Virus record (IMG/VR): IMGVR_UViG_3300035199_000417
Span: 893 to 64,892 of that record
Length of the DNA stretch: 64,000 nt
Direction: 5' to 3' (one strand)
Source: a virus
Taxonomy: Duplodnaviria > Caudoviricetes
Shown: positions 1 through 9,195 of the stretch, in pieces
Position numbering within the stretch: the stretch's first letter is position 1
How the letters are laid out: each line of letters opens with the position of its first letter
Notes under the pieces: model-generated
What the model was told of the DNA's origin: nothing
Databases searched by the model: none
What the model saw: the letters and a program-made list of their open reading frames with translations, nothing else
Made by a program: the position numbers and the translations under genes

Positions 1-111
1 CCTGGATCACCAGACCAGCGGAATCTTCGTTTAACGATTAACCCTCCGTTTTGCTTGAGGGCAAGGCGGGGCTGTTAACCGTTGTCACTACACTGCTTTA
101 GGAGATTTATT

Positions 112-297
112 ATGACACAACAGTATGGATACATTTGCTTTTGGAAAGGGCAACGCTGTGAGGTGTATGCCGCGACTAGTTATGCCGCACAATGCAAGGC
201 GGAAACGCACTTCACTCGCTGCCGAAAACGGCATGAGATCACTGTTGTACTTGCTGAAAAGGACGGCAAGCCCGTCACGCACACTGCCGTTGACTAG
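112..297 (+). CDS. small phage hypothetical protein
   Basis: AGGAGA RBS before ATG 112; GYICFWKGQRCEVYAATSY...ITVVLAEKDG resembles a widespread small phage early protein. Confidence 0.6.
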   Translation: MTQQYGYICFWKGQRCEVYAATSYAAQCKAETHFTRCRKRHEITVVLAEKDGKPVTHTAVD

Positions 298-303
298 GGG
301 GGG

Positions 304-331
304 TTGACAGCCCCGTCCAGGTTGATACAAT
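304..331 (+). promoter_or_regulatory. sigma70-type promoter
   Basis: TTGACA (304-309), 16-nt spacer, TACAAT (326-331), intergenic. Confidence 0.6.
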
Positions 332-379
332 ATTATGAAGTCAAGGCGTTTTTCAGTTAACCCCGAAGGGGGAAATACG

Positions 380-514
380 ATGAAGTGCGAGAAGTGCAAC
401 AAGTTGGTCGGAGGGAATAATCGCCCCCGCGCCAAGGTTTACCATCAGGCTTGCCTACACAAGGCTATGTCAGCGGTTCGGGCAAGGGTACAGAAATTCA
501 GAAGGGGGAAATAA
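380..514 (+). CDS. 44-aa zinc-finger-like basic protein (not in ORF track)
   Basis: MKCEKCNKLVGGNNRPRAKVYHQACLHKAMSAVRARVQKFRRGK; CxxC...HxxC; G-rich RBS; directly downstream of promoter. Confidence 0.5.
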   Translation: MKCEKCNKLVGGNNRPRAKVYHQACLHKAMSAVRARVQKFRRGK

Positions 515-617
515 TGATCCAGCCCCCGGCAGTCGTCGTGAGATGTAGCCTGAACGGGCACGGAGCGGCGACTGACTGGGTCTGGTTTATTTAGTTCCAC
601 AAGAGAAAGGACGAACC

Positions 618-1031
618 ATGCGAAGACGACGACGGCGAAAATTCGCCACCATCGAATTCCCTGACTTCACCGATCCGGTGCCGTCGAAGGGATTTGAAGA
701 TACCCACGAGCAAAGCGAGTCGGTCTCGCCTGATGGTATCTACAAGATCATTCGAACGATCAGCGACAAGCTGAACGAAGATGGCGAACCGATTAAGTCG
801 GTCGATTACTACCCGATTGTGTTTGCAACACGGGTTGATTTTATCGACGGCGAAGTTAGCGGTTGGCAGCCCATTCATTGGGACGCGAACGAGTGGGTCT
901 TCCGCTCGTTGGCTAAGGCCCGCTTGTTGGCCGAGGCGCATTCAGCCTACGGGAAAGCGGGAATCACTGAGTTGTACGCCGCGCGGGAGCGGCGACGAAT
1001 CCGGGCCAAGGTGGCGCGGCAAACCAAGTAG
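618..1031 (+). CDS. hypothetical protein
   Basis: 137-aa ORF with AAGGA RBS, collinear with the sigma gene. Confidence 0.55.
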   Translation: MRRRRRRKFATIEFPDFTDPVPSKGFEDTHEQSESVSPDGIYKIIRTISDKLNEDGEPIKSVDYYPIVFATRVDFIDGEVSGWQPIHWDANEWVFRSLAKARLLAEAHSAYGKAGITELYAARERRRIRAKVARQTK

Positions 1032-1050
1032 CAGCGGCTGATGCCGCAGG

Positions 1051-1653
1051 ATGGAGAGCATTATGGTTTTGACTGACGAAGCACTTTTACTTCGTTACGC
1101 CCTGGAGCGAGACCCGTCGCATTTCGACGAAATAGTCGAGCGGTTCGGGCCCGCATTGAACGGCTACCTGAACAAGATTCTGGGCGACCGCCAAATGGCG
1201 GAGGATGCCCTGCAAGGCACGTTCTTGCAGGTGCATCTGAATGCGGACGCATTCGAAGATGGTCGCTTGGCGCGACCTTGGTTGTTCACGATTGCCAAGC
1301 GTCAGGCGATTGACCTGTTCCGCCGCAACCGGCGGCACGTTGTTAATCACGTTTCGCTGTCGCGTTGGACCCCTGACAATTCCTACGACACCGGCAGCGG
1401 AGACTCGTTGGCCGAAACTGTTGCTGGCAACGAGCCCACTCCCGTTGAGCGTCTCATCGACGGCGAGGAAAAGGAGTCGCTGATGGCGGCACTGGAGAAC
1501 GTGCCGCAGTTGCAATCCGAAGTGGTTCGGTTGGTTCACCTGGACGGGCTGTCGCACGGCGAGGCTGCCGCGAAGATCGGAGTTCCAGTCGGCACCGTCA
1601 AATCCCGCGCGTCAGCCGGTCGCAAGGCACTGAGAAAGCTAACAACGGCATAA
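1051..1653 (+). CDS. ECF-type sigma-70 RNA polymerase sigma factor
   Basis: Region 2 AEDALQGTFLQV...PWLFTIAKRQAIDLFRR; region 4 GLSHGEAAAKIGVPVGTVKSR. Confidence 0.93.
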   Translation: MESIMVLTDEALLLRYALERDPSHFDEIVERFGPALNGYLNKILGDRQMAEDALQGTFLQVHLNADAFEDGRLARPWLFTIAKRQAIDLFRRNRRHVVNHVSLSRWTPDNSYDTGSGDSLAETVAGNEPTPVERLIDGEEKESLMAALENVPQLQSEVVRLVHLDGLSHGEAAAKIGVPVGTVKSRASAGRKALRKLTTA

Positions 1654-1684
1654 GCCGTCCCTTAACCGAAAGAAGAACTGAGCT

Positions 1685-1906
1685 ATGAAAACGAAAGCGA
1701 AACGTCCTAACACGATCACGCTGAAACCTGTGGTCGAAACTGCCCTGCGGATTGCCGAACTGGCAGAAGAGCAGGAAGGGGAGTACCACTACAATTCGGC
1801 AGCTATCATTGACCTGTTTGTGGCTTTCAGCAGACTCAAACAAATAATGAAAGTTGTGCAAAGCGACTTCGTCGAAGAACTGGAAAACGAGATTTTGAAG
1901 GTCTAG
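1685..1906 (+). CDS. hypothetical protein
   Basis: 73-aa ORF between the sigma gene and the terminator. Confidence 0.5.
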   Translation: MKTKAKRPNTITLKPVVETALRIAELAEEQEGEYHYNSAAIIDLFVAFSRLKQIMKVVQSDFVEELENEILKV

Positions 1907-1925
1907 CGGCAACGCTGGATTCGCC

Positions 1926-1964
1926 AACGGTCCTTAGAGTTTCGATTCTAAGGGCCGTTTTTTT
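1926..1964 (+). terminator. rho-independent terminator
   Basis: AACGGTCCTTAGAGT-TTCG-ATTCTAAGGGCCGTT followed by a T run, at the point where the two strands converge. Confidence 0.85.
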
Positions 1965-2027
1965 ATGGGCTGTTCTGACTCGCGGAAGAAAAGATATCGC
2001 GTTACAGAGCAAATACGGAGGCTGGTT

Positions 2028-2522
2028 TCAGCCCTGACTACTGCGAGGGGCCCGCAGCGTGGATTTGAACAGCTTTTTACGCTGGGCACTGGTCGCTGGC
2101 ACCGAGTTGCCGATGATCCAGGATTCGACATTCAGCATGGCATCGGCAACATGAGAATGCCAAACCAGAATAGCCTGGACATCGTGGAGCGTGTACGCAG
2201 TCGCAAGCCACCAATCGTTACCGGCGAGACATGCAAGCTCGCCGTGTAGGTCGCCGCTCTTGGTCCAGCCGTTCCGCTCGAACCTTGGTAGCTGACGATC
2301 AGCAACCCCTGCGTTGTCGATGAGGATTCGGATATCGACAACATCGTGATTGGCGATTGCCTTGTCGGGCTCGAAGAGATAAGAGCCCGTCAACCAGTAG
2401 AGCGGATTCTCGCCAATAGCCGAGACAATCGCTCGTCGCTGGTCGATAGAAATTGACTGCCACAGTTTCCGACTGAGACCGTCTGGTCTCTTTGGTGACC
2501 GTCGCTTATTCTTCGTCGTCAT
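2028..2522 (-). CDS. hypothetical protein
   Basis: Last ORF of the minus-strand operon; start moved to ATG 2522, which overlaps the upstream gene end. Confidence 0.5.
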   Translation of the reverse strand: MTTKNKRRSPKRPDGLSRKLWQSISIDQRRAIVSAIGENPLYWLTGSYLFEPDKAIANHDVVDIRILIDNAGVADRQLPRFERNGWTKSGDLHGELACLAGNDWWLATAYTLHDVQAILVWHSHVADAMLNVESWIIGNSVPATSAQRKKLFKSTLRAPRSSQG

Positions 2523-3087
2523 CCGGGGCCCATTCATCAAAGAGTTCGCGGAAGAATTTCTCAGGGTCGGCAGACCATTCTTCCGTGGGTTCGGGATCAG
2601 CTTGTTTGAAACCGGCAAACTCGCCGTCCAGGATTTGCTTCAACTGATCGAACGGAAACATATCCCACTTCTTGCCCTGCACTCCTCCGCCACGTTTCCG
2701 CAGCGACTCGATTGCTTCGTCGAGTTCTGAGCGGGCGATACCAAACGTCTCACAAATCATGTGCGAAGTGATCTCGTTGGCAACCTTGCCAGCGGCTGTC
2801 ATGATCTCGGCATGCATGGTGCCGTACTCTTCTCGTGATACACCGGCACCTGCCGCGACTGCCGCCAGCGAGTTAACAACTGCCTCCGCAATCCCCATGC
2901 TAACGGCGATTGCCCCGGCTGGTCCGAGGTCGTCGCTAGACTTTTGCATGTACGGGCTCATAGCCACCCGGATTGAATCCGCGACGTGGGACTGGATGTC
3001 CTCAAACTTCTTGAACGCATCCTGAACGTCCCCGTCCCCGTCCCCGTCCCCGGCAACATCTAAACCGCTGAACCTATTCTTTTTCAT
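2506..3087 (-). CDS. hypothetical protein
   Basis: 193-aa ORF with a 4-nt overlap with the vWA gene. Confidence 0.6.
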   Translation of the reverse strand: MKKNRFSGLDVAGDGDGDGDVQDAFKKFEDIQSHVADSIRVAMSPYMQKSSDDLGPAGAIAVSMGIAEAVVNSLAAVAAGAGVSREEYGTMHAEIMTAAGKVANEITSHMICETFGIARSELDEAIESLRKRGGGVQGKKWDMFPFDQLKQILDGEFAGFKQADPEPTEEWSADPEKFFRELFDEWAPDDDEE

Positions 3088-4616
3088 ACTGAAAGCACCT
3101 CCTGGACTGCCTGATTGTCAACTTCCAAATTGGTGATCCGATGCACTACGTCGCTGACAGCGTTCATCGAGTCGCCGTTCGACGTGATCTCTCCACGCTC
3201 CGAAAGTACTAGCGTCGTCCACCGTACATTCTCTTCTGCCTTCCATTGGTTCACGTCGGCCTCGATTGTCTCGTCCACGTCCAGATAACCGTCAGTGATG
3301 CAGACAACGTCTGTCTTGCCAGCGGGGCAACCCAACGACTTCCACTTGCCCGGAAGCTCAACGAGCGGGACATGCGGGTCGGTTCCACCGCTGAAGAAAT
3401 GCTCAAGCCAGTCGAGCAGTTCCTTTGGTTTCGGCTTGTTCGGTTCGATCACTAGGTACGTGCTTTCGTCGTCGTCACCAAAACCAACGAGACATACCCA
3501 GCGGTTCTGGCTTCGAGCGATATGATACAGGGCAGCCGCGATTGCCTTAGCGTTGTAGATCAGGTCGCCGTACATTGAGCCGCTCTCATCGACTACGACG
3601 ACGATGGGCCCCTTGCCCTGCGGGTCGATGCCTTCGAGTTCATGGCAGAATATCTGCCCCTCAAGCCAGCGGTGGATTGTTTCGTCGCCAAGGTCTTCGT
3701 CGAAAAGCTTGACGATCTCGACCGGCAAGGCTCGCTCCAGGTCGCTCGAAGTGGTGATGCCCACAATCTCGTCGGCACCGTGACTGCTCTTCGCTCGCTG
3801 GAGACCAGCGGCCAATCGCAGGTAGCGACCGATGCGGTCACAGATTCTCTTTAAGTGGTGTGAGCCCCTCAGACGTAGGTACAGTCGCTTCATCTCGTCG
3901 AGCGGCATCTTGTTCAGGTCGCTCCCGCCACCATGACCGATAGCCCGCTGGACATTTTGTAGGTCTTCAACGTCCTTCTGTGCCTCCTTCGCGGCATCAC
4001 GCGCATCACGCAGTCGCTTCCGCCCCTGACGCTCGCCCTCGCCGTTGCCTTCGCCCTCGCCGTTACCATTCCCGTCCTGTTGTTCCTCTTGTTCCTGTTC
4101 AACGGTCGTCACCCACTGCTCCGCAAACGCCAGAGTTGCAATTTCGCTGGTCAGCGGGTCGAGCGTTGTCTGACGCTTGAGTGACTGAAATTCCTCGGTC
4201 TCGAATAGTGCCTTCATGTACTCGGCACGGCTCTCATCAGCCGGTCGCTCGGTGAATGTCGGGTTGGGCTCAAATGCCGCAGCGAAGAAGTCAGCCGCTT
4301 CGTTCTCAACTTCTTTTTGCCGCGAGTGGTCTTCGGTAGTAAACGGCTTGTCGGTGATCCCGTAAATCGCTCGCAGTCGCGGCGACTCTTCGACGCATTC
4401 CTTGCCCCTCGCCAGCGACCACAAATCCAACTCCAGGACGGTATCGCTCGGCGCGGCCTTGGTCTCGGACTGCGGGCTGAACTCGTCGCCCACTTCCAGG
4501 TCGTCGCCCTCGGCTGCCTCATCGAGGAAGCCTAGTTCGTCGTCCGCATTTCGCGGCATTAGGTTGTCAGCCAGTCGCTTTGCTATGTTGTTCTCGCTCA
4601 TCGACTTGTTCTCCAT
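3084..4616 (-). CDS. vWA-domain protein (ViaA-like)
   Basis: MIDAS VVVVDESGSM, FFSGGTD, CITDG; next to a MoxR ATPase. Confidence 0.88.
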   Translation of the reverse strand: MENKSMSENNIAKRLADNLMPRNADDELGFLDEAAEGDDLEVGDEFSPQSETKAAPSDTVLELDLWSLARGKECVEESPRLRAIYGITDKPFTTEDHSRQKEVENEAADFFAAAFEPNPTFTERPADESRAEYMKALFETEEFQSLKRQTTLDPLTSEIATLAFAEQWVTTVEQEQEEQQDGNGNGEGEGNGEGERQGRKRLRDARDAAKEAQKDVEDLQNVQRAIGHGGGSDLNKMPLDEMKRLYLRLRGSHHLKRICDRIGRYLRLAAGLQRAKSSHGADEIVGITTSSDLERALPVEIVKLFDEDLGDETIHRWLEGQIFCHELEGIDPQGKGPIVVVVDESGSMYGDLIYNAKAIAAALYHIARSQNRWVCLVGFGDDDESTYLVIEPNKPKPKELLDWLEHFFSGGTDPHVPLVELPGKWKSLGCPAGKTDVVCITDGYLDVDETIEADVNQWKAEENVRWTTLVLSERGEITSNGDSMNAVSDVVHRITNLEVDNQAVQEVLSV

Positions 4617-4779
4617 CGTAGTAGTACGTTAGATTTTCTGCGTATTCATCGTCCCGGACGCTGATCCAGTGACGCTCGCCGTTGGCAAATTCTAGCTGGG
4701 CCAACACGCGATTCCGATACCGTGGGCACTTCTTCGCCTTGCGAACAAGTTGCCCCTTGAAGTGCTTGGTCAAACCCAT
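4567..4779 (-). CDS. small hypothetical protein
   Basis: 70 aa, AGGGG RBS, between the ATPase and vWA genes. Confidence 0.45.
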   Translation of the reverse strand: MGLTKHFKGQLVRKAKKCPRYRNRVLAQLEFANGERHWISVRDDEYAENLTYYYDGEQVDEREQHSKATG

Positions 4780-4790
4780 AGTGTTTCCCC

Positions 4791-5903
4791 TTAGATTCCA
4801 ATTTCCAGCGCCTCCATGGTCTTTTCTTTGATCCGCACAAGCTCGTCGCGGACGTAGCTTTCGCCACTTCTCGCCTTCTCATGGTCGATCTTTTTGAACG
4901 TCTTGCGAAGCGTTTCGAGCTTCTTTGCGGAGGTCATGCAGGACTGAGTGTCCGTTACATCCAACCCCGAGATGATCTCGTCGGCCTGTAACAGCAGACC
5001 GTTGATCTTGATCCCGATGGGGTTGGCAATGCGGCCAACGACTTCGGAGACCAAGCTGGGTTGGTCGCTGGGATCAACCCACAACGTATGCTGTAGAATC
5101 TCCAGGTGATCGGGCTCGACTTCGTCAGCGCCAGCAAGCCAAGCAGCGCCTCGGATTGCTTCAACGGACTGGCGAAGGCGACGGTCGCCCGTGACGATTC
5201 CCTCTCGCCGCAGTTCCTTGATGATTTGAGTGTAAGCATGACGGGCTTCGCCTGAGACCGGCAAGGCCAATGCTTCGGTGTGCGCCTGGGCCAGTTCCTC
5301 TTGCGTGATGGTGTCCACGCCAGCGGGCTTGAGATTATCCGCCCACAGTAGCCGGTCGATTCCACGGTCGGTGGCGATGTTCCGCACCGGCTTGCGAATG
5401 AGGAAACGATCAAACAGGGCTCCTAGTTCCTCGCCCTTGCCCCACTCGTTGCTGGCACCAATGCAGGTAGCCAGCGGGCACTGAATGATGGAACCGTCGT
5501 TTTCGAACCGTCTCTCCATCAGGATTTTCAACAAAACATTGAGTATGGCCGAACTCGCCTTGAATATTTCGTCGATGAATGCCACGTCGCACTCGGGAAG
5601 TTTCGCGGTTGTGATCCGCTCGAAGTGCCCCTCTTTGTATCGGGCGATATTGATTGCCCCAAACAACTCGTCGGGCATGCTGTATTTCGACAGCGTCCGG
5701 GTGAACTTCTTGCCACCGATCAGGGTGCAGATGAGATCGACCAGGAAACTCTTGGCGCAGCCTGGGGCCCCCACAAGGAGGACGTGCTGGCGGATGACCA
5801 GAGCGGTCAGAATCAGGTCGATCTCGTCGTCCCGCTCAATGAGCGCCTTCTTGTAGGCGGCGCGGGCATCGTTGAATTTTTGCCAGATGGTCGTATGACG
5901 CAT
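4791..5903 (-). CDS. MoxR/RavA-family AAA+ ATPase
   Basis: Walker A GAPGCAKS, DELFG, Walker B FIDEIFKASSAILNVLL, GASNE, ALFDRF, sensor DRR. Confidence 0.93.
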   Translation of the reverse strand: MRHTTIWQKFNDARAAYKKALIERDDEIDLILTALVIRQHVLLVGAPGCAKSFLVDLICTLIGGKKFTRTLSKYSMPDELFGAINIARYKEGHFERITTAKLPECDVAFIDEIFKASSAILNVLLKILMERRFENDGSIIQCPLATCIGASNEWGKGEELGALFDRFLIRKPVRNIATDRGIDRLLWADNLKPAGVDTITQEELAQAHTEALALPVSGEARHAYTQIIKELRREGIVTGDRRLRQSVEAIRGAAWLAGADEVEPDHLEILQHTLWVDPSDQPSLVSEVVGRIANPIGIKINGLLLQADEIISGLDVTDTQSCMTSAKKLETLRKTFKKIDHEKARSGESYVRDELVRIKEKTMEALEIGI

Positions 5904-5990
5904 GGTAGTTGCTCCTTTTGAAGCGGGGTGATTGTAACAGGTAGTCGTACCTATTGGTAAGTACGCAAGAAGTCAAGTAGCGGTTCAAAT

Positions 5991-6040
5991 AAAACCCCCG
6001 CTAGCTATTGGCTCGACAACCGTCGTCCAGCTAGCGGGGG
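5991..6040 (-). terminator. probable rho-independent terminator
   Basis: CCCCCGCTAGCT...AGCTAGCGGGGG inverted repeat with a large loop, followed by TTTT on the minus strand. Confidence 0.55.
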
Positions 6041-6063
6041 CACACCCTACCACAAGGTATATG

Positions 6064-6666
6064 TCAATTGACGCCGGGGATGTCCCGGCGATCATATTTC
6101 TCCAAGTAGTCAACAGTCGCCATCACACCGATCAAGAACAGAACCGGCCTCATTTCGCCCAGCGACTTGGCCATCTCCGCAATCCGCTTTTGGAACGGCA
6201 AATCACTGTTGTTCACTATCTCGGCGGCTTTCTCCAACTTATCGAGAACGTGACTGACTCCACCTCCTCGCAACGCCACAAACTCTATAATTTCCTGAGT
6301 ATGCGGGGTCAAATTGTAGGGGTGCCGCTCCTCTTTGTCTTTGTCGGGTGAGGGCTCGTCGTCCCCACCATCTTCGCCAGCGACGAGTTTGCCAAGTTCG
6401 ACGGCAAACTCCTCGGACCTAGAATCGTCGTCGTTCGAAACTTCGAGCGAGGCACCGATGCCGATCATGGCGAAGTGCGCCAGTGCGTTGGCCACGCCAT
6501 CATTCTTGCAGAGTGCCCGGAGCCCCGTTGGGAGCCCGTCCCCGCTGTCGTCAGCCGCTGATAGATTCTTCTCAATCCCAGCAGCGTACATGCGAACCTT
6601 CTTTTCTCCGATCATTTGGATCAGTGTCTGCGTGGCAAGTTTTGTCACGGGTAGGTTGGTCGCCAT
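6064..6666 (-). CDS. hypothetical protein
   Basis: 200-aa ORF abutting the upstream gene. Confidence 0.6.
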   Translation of the reverse strand: MATNLPVTKLATQTLIQMIGEKKVRMYAAGIEKNLSAADDSGDGLPTGLRALCKNDGVANALAHFAMIGIGASLEVSNDDDSRSEEFAVELGKLVAGEDGGDDEPSPDKDKEERHPYNLTPHTQEIIEFVALRGGGVSHVLDKLEKAAEIVNNSDLPFQKRIAEMAKSLGEMRPVLFLIGVMATVDYLEKYDRRDIPGVN

Positions 6667-7557
6667 CTATTCTTCCTCCCAATTATTCAAAAGGGTACTG
6701 AATCGCTCGCCAATCTCAGCGGCACGGGCAGACAACCTGCCTCGGCAACCGCCGAGATACTCATGGTAAGCATTGATCTTGAACTTCGCCTCTTCCCACT
6801 CTTTAATCCTGGATTCGAGCGTGGATTTTCTCGTCTTTCGCCCCTCCGTTTCGATAGCCGCTTCCTCGATAGCCTTGGCGGCGACTTCCAGGTTGTCGAG
6901 TAGTACGGTCAGCCCGTTGTTCACCGCAGCGGTAACCGACTGCTTCGAGATTGCGTCGTCCTTCGGAACCGGGAACAAGCTCAGTCGCCCGCTGCATTTC
7001 TCTATAAACGTCTGAAGACGCAGCAGCAACGGAACATGCTCGACCGGGACGAAGTAAGCTACGCCCTTGCCGTCAACGATCTCGAAGAAATCAGCGTTGC
7101 CCTTGCAGACTTTTTGGATGATCCGGGTGATGTCTTGCCCGTTGCGGTACAGGTTCTCGGTGGCCATTCTGCCTTTGATGTCGTCAACGACTGCCGAGTT
7201 GTCGCCCGTCAGTTCGCCGTTGATGCAATTAAGAAACACAATACACTGCTTGGTGTGCTTCAATTCCTTGCCGTCGTTCGCGACCCAGGTCACCTGGAAC
7301 GATTGAAGGTCTCCAACTCGGTTGACCTTCTCAACCTTACGTCCCTCCCGCCTGTAGTCAGCGGTTGCCCGACTAAACGCCAGAGCGGGTGAAAGATCGG
7401 GGGCGTACTCCACCGGCAGATTGACATCTACCAGCGCCTCCCTGACGACATCAATTCTCGTCGGCCCCTTCGGAGTCGGCCAACCCGCTACCGCGCCGCT
7501 CAGGCCCGATATAACCGACTGAATGTCTTCGAGACTCTTGTGGATAGGACTCTTCAT
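6667..7557 (-). CDS. DUF6744-like protein (AAA-vWA module partner)
   Basis: GAVAGW...VREAL...PDLSPALAFSRA...GVAYFVP pattern recalled from proteins encoded with MoxR-vWA pairs; start placed at ATG 7557 after an RBS. Confidence 0.6.
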   Translation of the reverse strand: MKSPIHKSLEDIQSVISGLSGAVAGWPTPKGPTRIDVVREALVDVNLPVEYAPDLSPALAFSRATADYRREGRKVEKVNRVGDLQSFQVTWVANDGKELKHTKQCIVFLNCINGELTGDNSAVVDDIKGRMATENLYRNGQDITRIIQKVCKGNADFFEIVDGKGVAYFVPVEHVPLLLRLQTFIEKCSGRLSLFPVPKDDAISKQSVTAAVNNGLTVLLDNLEVAAKAIEEAAIETEGRKTRKSTLESRIKEWEEAKFKINAYHEYLGGCRGRLSARAAEIGERFSTLLNNWEEE

Positions 7558-8236
7558 CTCTTTTTCTCTCCTTGGGCCCAATTCGGCCCATGTCAAATAG
7601 GTCAGGCACCCCTAGTCGCTCAATAAGGTGAGCGTAACCGGACGTTGTATCGAGCGACGAATGCCCTGCCGCTCGCGCCACTTCAATCAAACTTCGACCT
7701 GCGTGTAGAGCGTTGGAAATCCAGGTGTGACGCCCACTGTGCAGCGTCGTCTGGCCCACTCGGTCGGGGCCCAGCACCTTGACGATTTCCCGCCATCTCT
7801 TCGACAGAGTCGAATCGGCCAGTCGGTTACCCATAACCGATCCCAACCTACCATCCACTACGGAACAAACGACGGGAGAGTTCGAATCAACCTGCGGAAA
7901 AATATCGGATTTACGGAAGTTTATCCAGGCCGCGATGTCATCGCGTGTACCGGCATCCCAATAGAGAGGAACGTAGCGTCCTCGCCGCTGGCCGTTCTGC
8001 GGTGATGCCTTGGTAGCAGACGGTCGAATGCGTATCGCAGGGTAGGTGCCCGTGAGGATCACGTCACCGATATTGAGCAGCCGAATCTCTTTGCGGCGGA
8101 GCCCGCAGCAAGCCGCTAAACGAAATATGGCCAAGCGCTGGAAGTACGTCTTCAACTTTTGCTTCTTGTGAAGACTGGCCAGCACTTGGCCAATTTCATG
8201 CGGGTGCAGAATTTCTAGTTCAGTTATGCCGCCCAT
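7451..8236 (-). CDS. tyrosine recombinase, catalytic domain only
   Basis: GLRRKEI (R), ATKA (K), HSGRH (HxxR), AGHS (H), GYAH (Y). Confidence 0.9.
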   Translation of the reverse strand: MGGITELEILHPHEIGQVLASLHKKQKLKTYFQRLAIFRLAACCGLRRKEIRLLNIGDVILTGTYPAIRIRPSATKASPQNGQRRGRYVPLYWDAGTRDDIAAWINFRKSDIFPQVDSNSPVVCSVVDGRLGSVMGNRLADSTLSKRWREIVKVLGPDRVGQTTLHSGRHTWISNALHAGRSLIEVARAAGHSSLDTTSGYAHLIERLGVPDLFDMGRIGPKERKRDEESYPQESRRHSVGYIGPERRGSGLADSEGADEN

Positions 8237-8267
8237 ATTATCATTACGAGTCGGCCAACCGACTGGT

Positions 8268-8729
8268 TCAATCTGTTATCACTGTTTTGGCGTAGGCTAG
8301 ATACGGACTGTATGACAGCAGCCCCGGAGATACTGACGAAGACTTCACTCTCCGCAGCAGCGGGAACCACTCGCGGCTGCAAGCCTCTGCCACAAGCTCG
8401 CTACAGAACCACTTGGTCGGGTCGGTCACCTGCCTTCGCGTCAGGAACCGAAACACTCCCCGGTAGTCATATTTCTTGCCAAGCTGCGAGATCAGAAATT
8501 TCTCCACCTTGTCTTTGTGGCGGGCGGTCATTGCCGGGATGCCGTACAGGTCGATCACGGTTCTAGGTGTATGTGCGACCGATAGGTCGGCAACGTGCCT
8601 CACTCCAGACTGCCACGCCTCAATCACGCTGCCGTCATCCAACAGCCACGCAGCGTGGGAGTAAACGCTTCGGGTCTGCCAGCGAATAGCCTTGGAAATC
8701 CAACTTCGGCCTCGGTACAGTGCAATCAT
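8268..8729 (-). CDS. permuted papain-like NlpC/P60 enzyme (YiiX/YaeF type)
   Basis: His first (YSHAA), GKKYD, Cys last (WFCSELVA). Confidence 0.85.
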   Translation of the reverse strand: MIALYRGRSWISKAIRWQTRSVYSHAAWLLDDGSVIEAWQSGVRHVADLSVAHTPRTVIDLYGIPAMTARHKDKVEKFLISQLGKKYDYRGVFRFLTRRQVTDPTKWFCSELVAEACSREWFPLLRRVKSSSVSPGLLSYSPYLAYAKTVITD

Positions 8730-9047
8730 TTAATTGCTCCTTCCTCTAATTTGATTAAACCTATCTAAGTCATAACCTTCCGGGTCAACGAGTTGCTTCA
8801 GCACCAATTGCCGCTCGACCGGCCAGCGGGAATAGTCGCCCATTTCTTCGTGGCAGTCCCGGCAGAGATGCAGCAGACAGCAACGCTCGGCCTGCGCCGC
8901 CAATCGACTTGGGCCCCTGGCGATTTCATGGGTGTCTGTGGCGGGCTCCCCACATAACTGGCAGAACGGGAAAAGGTTATCGTAGTGGGCCCGGACATCC
9001 TCGGCCTCCCGGTCAATTTTCGCCCGCTTCTTGCTGCGAAATCTCAT
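8730..9047 (-). CDS. HNH-like zinc-binding nuclease
   Basis: CQLC...THEI...LCRDCH. Confidence 0.6.
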   Translation of the reverse strand: MRFRSKKRAKIDREAEDVRAHYDNLFPFCQLCGEPATDTHEIARGPSRLAAQAERCCLLHLCRDCHEEMGDYSRWPVERQLVLKQLVDPEGYDLDRFNQIRGRSN

Positions 9048-9195
9048 CCCTCATATCACCAATCATGCCGAGAGCTTCCAGCATGAGTATCTGGTTTTGC
9101 CTTCGTCGCTCTGGAGTCTGCGGAAAAGTGACGAGGCTCAACGTCGCTACCGCCTTGCCCCATTTTACTCTATCGGACGGTTTTAACATCGCCAT
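9013..9195 (-). CDS. small hypothetical protein
   Basis: Fills the gap between overlapping operon genes. Confidence 0.35.
   Translation of the reverse strand: MAMLKPSDRVKWGKAVATLSLVTFPQTPERRRQNQILMLEALGMIGDMRDEISQQEAGEN

Noticed and set aside
515-590. Known riboswitch (c-di-GMP-II or ZTP-like words GUGA, GGGCAC, GGAGC)
   Set aside because: The remaining consensus elements are missing; cannot be supported without a covariance search
5930-5980. Promoter upstream of the AAA ATPase (TTGACT and TACAAT on the minus strand)
   Set aside because: The two best hexamers are not at a 16-18-nt spacing; too weak to call
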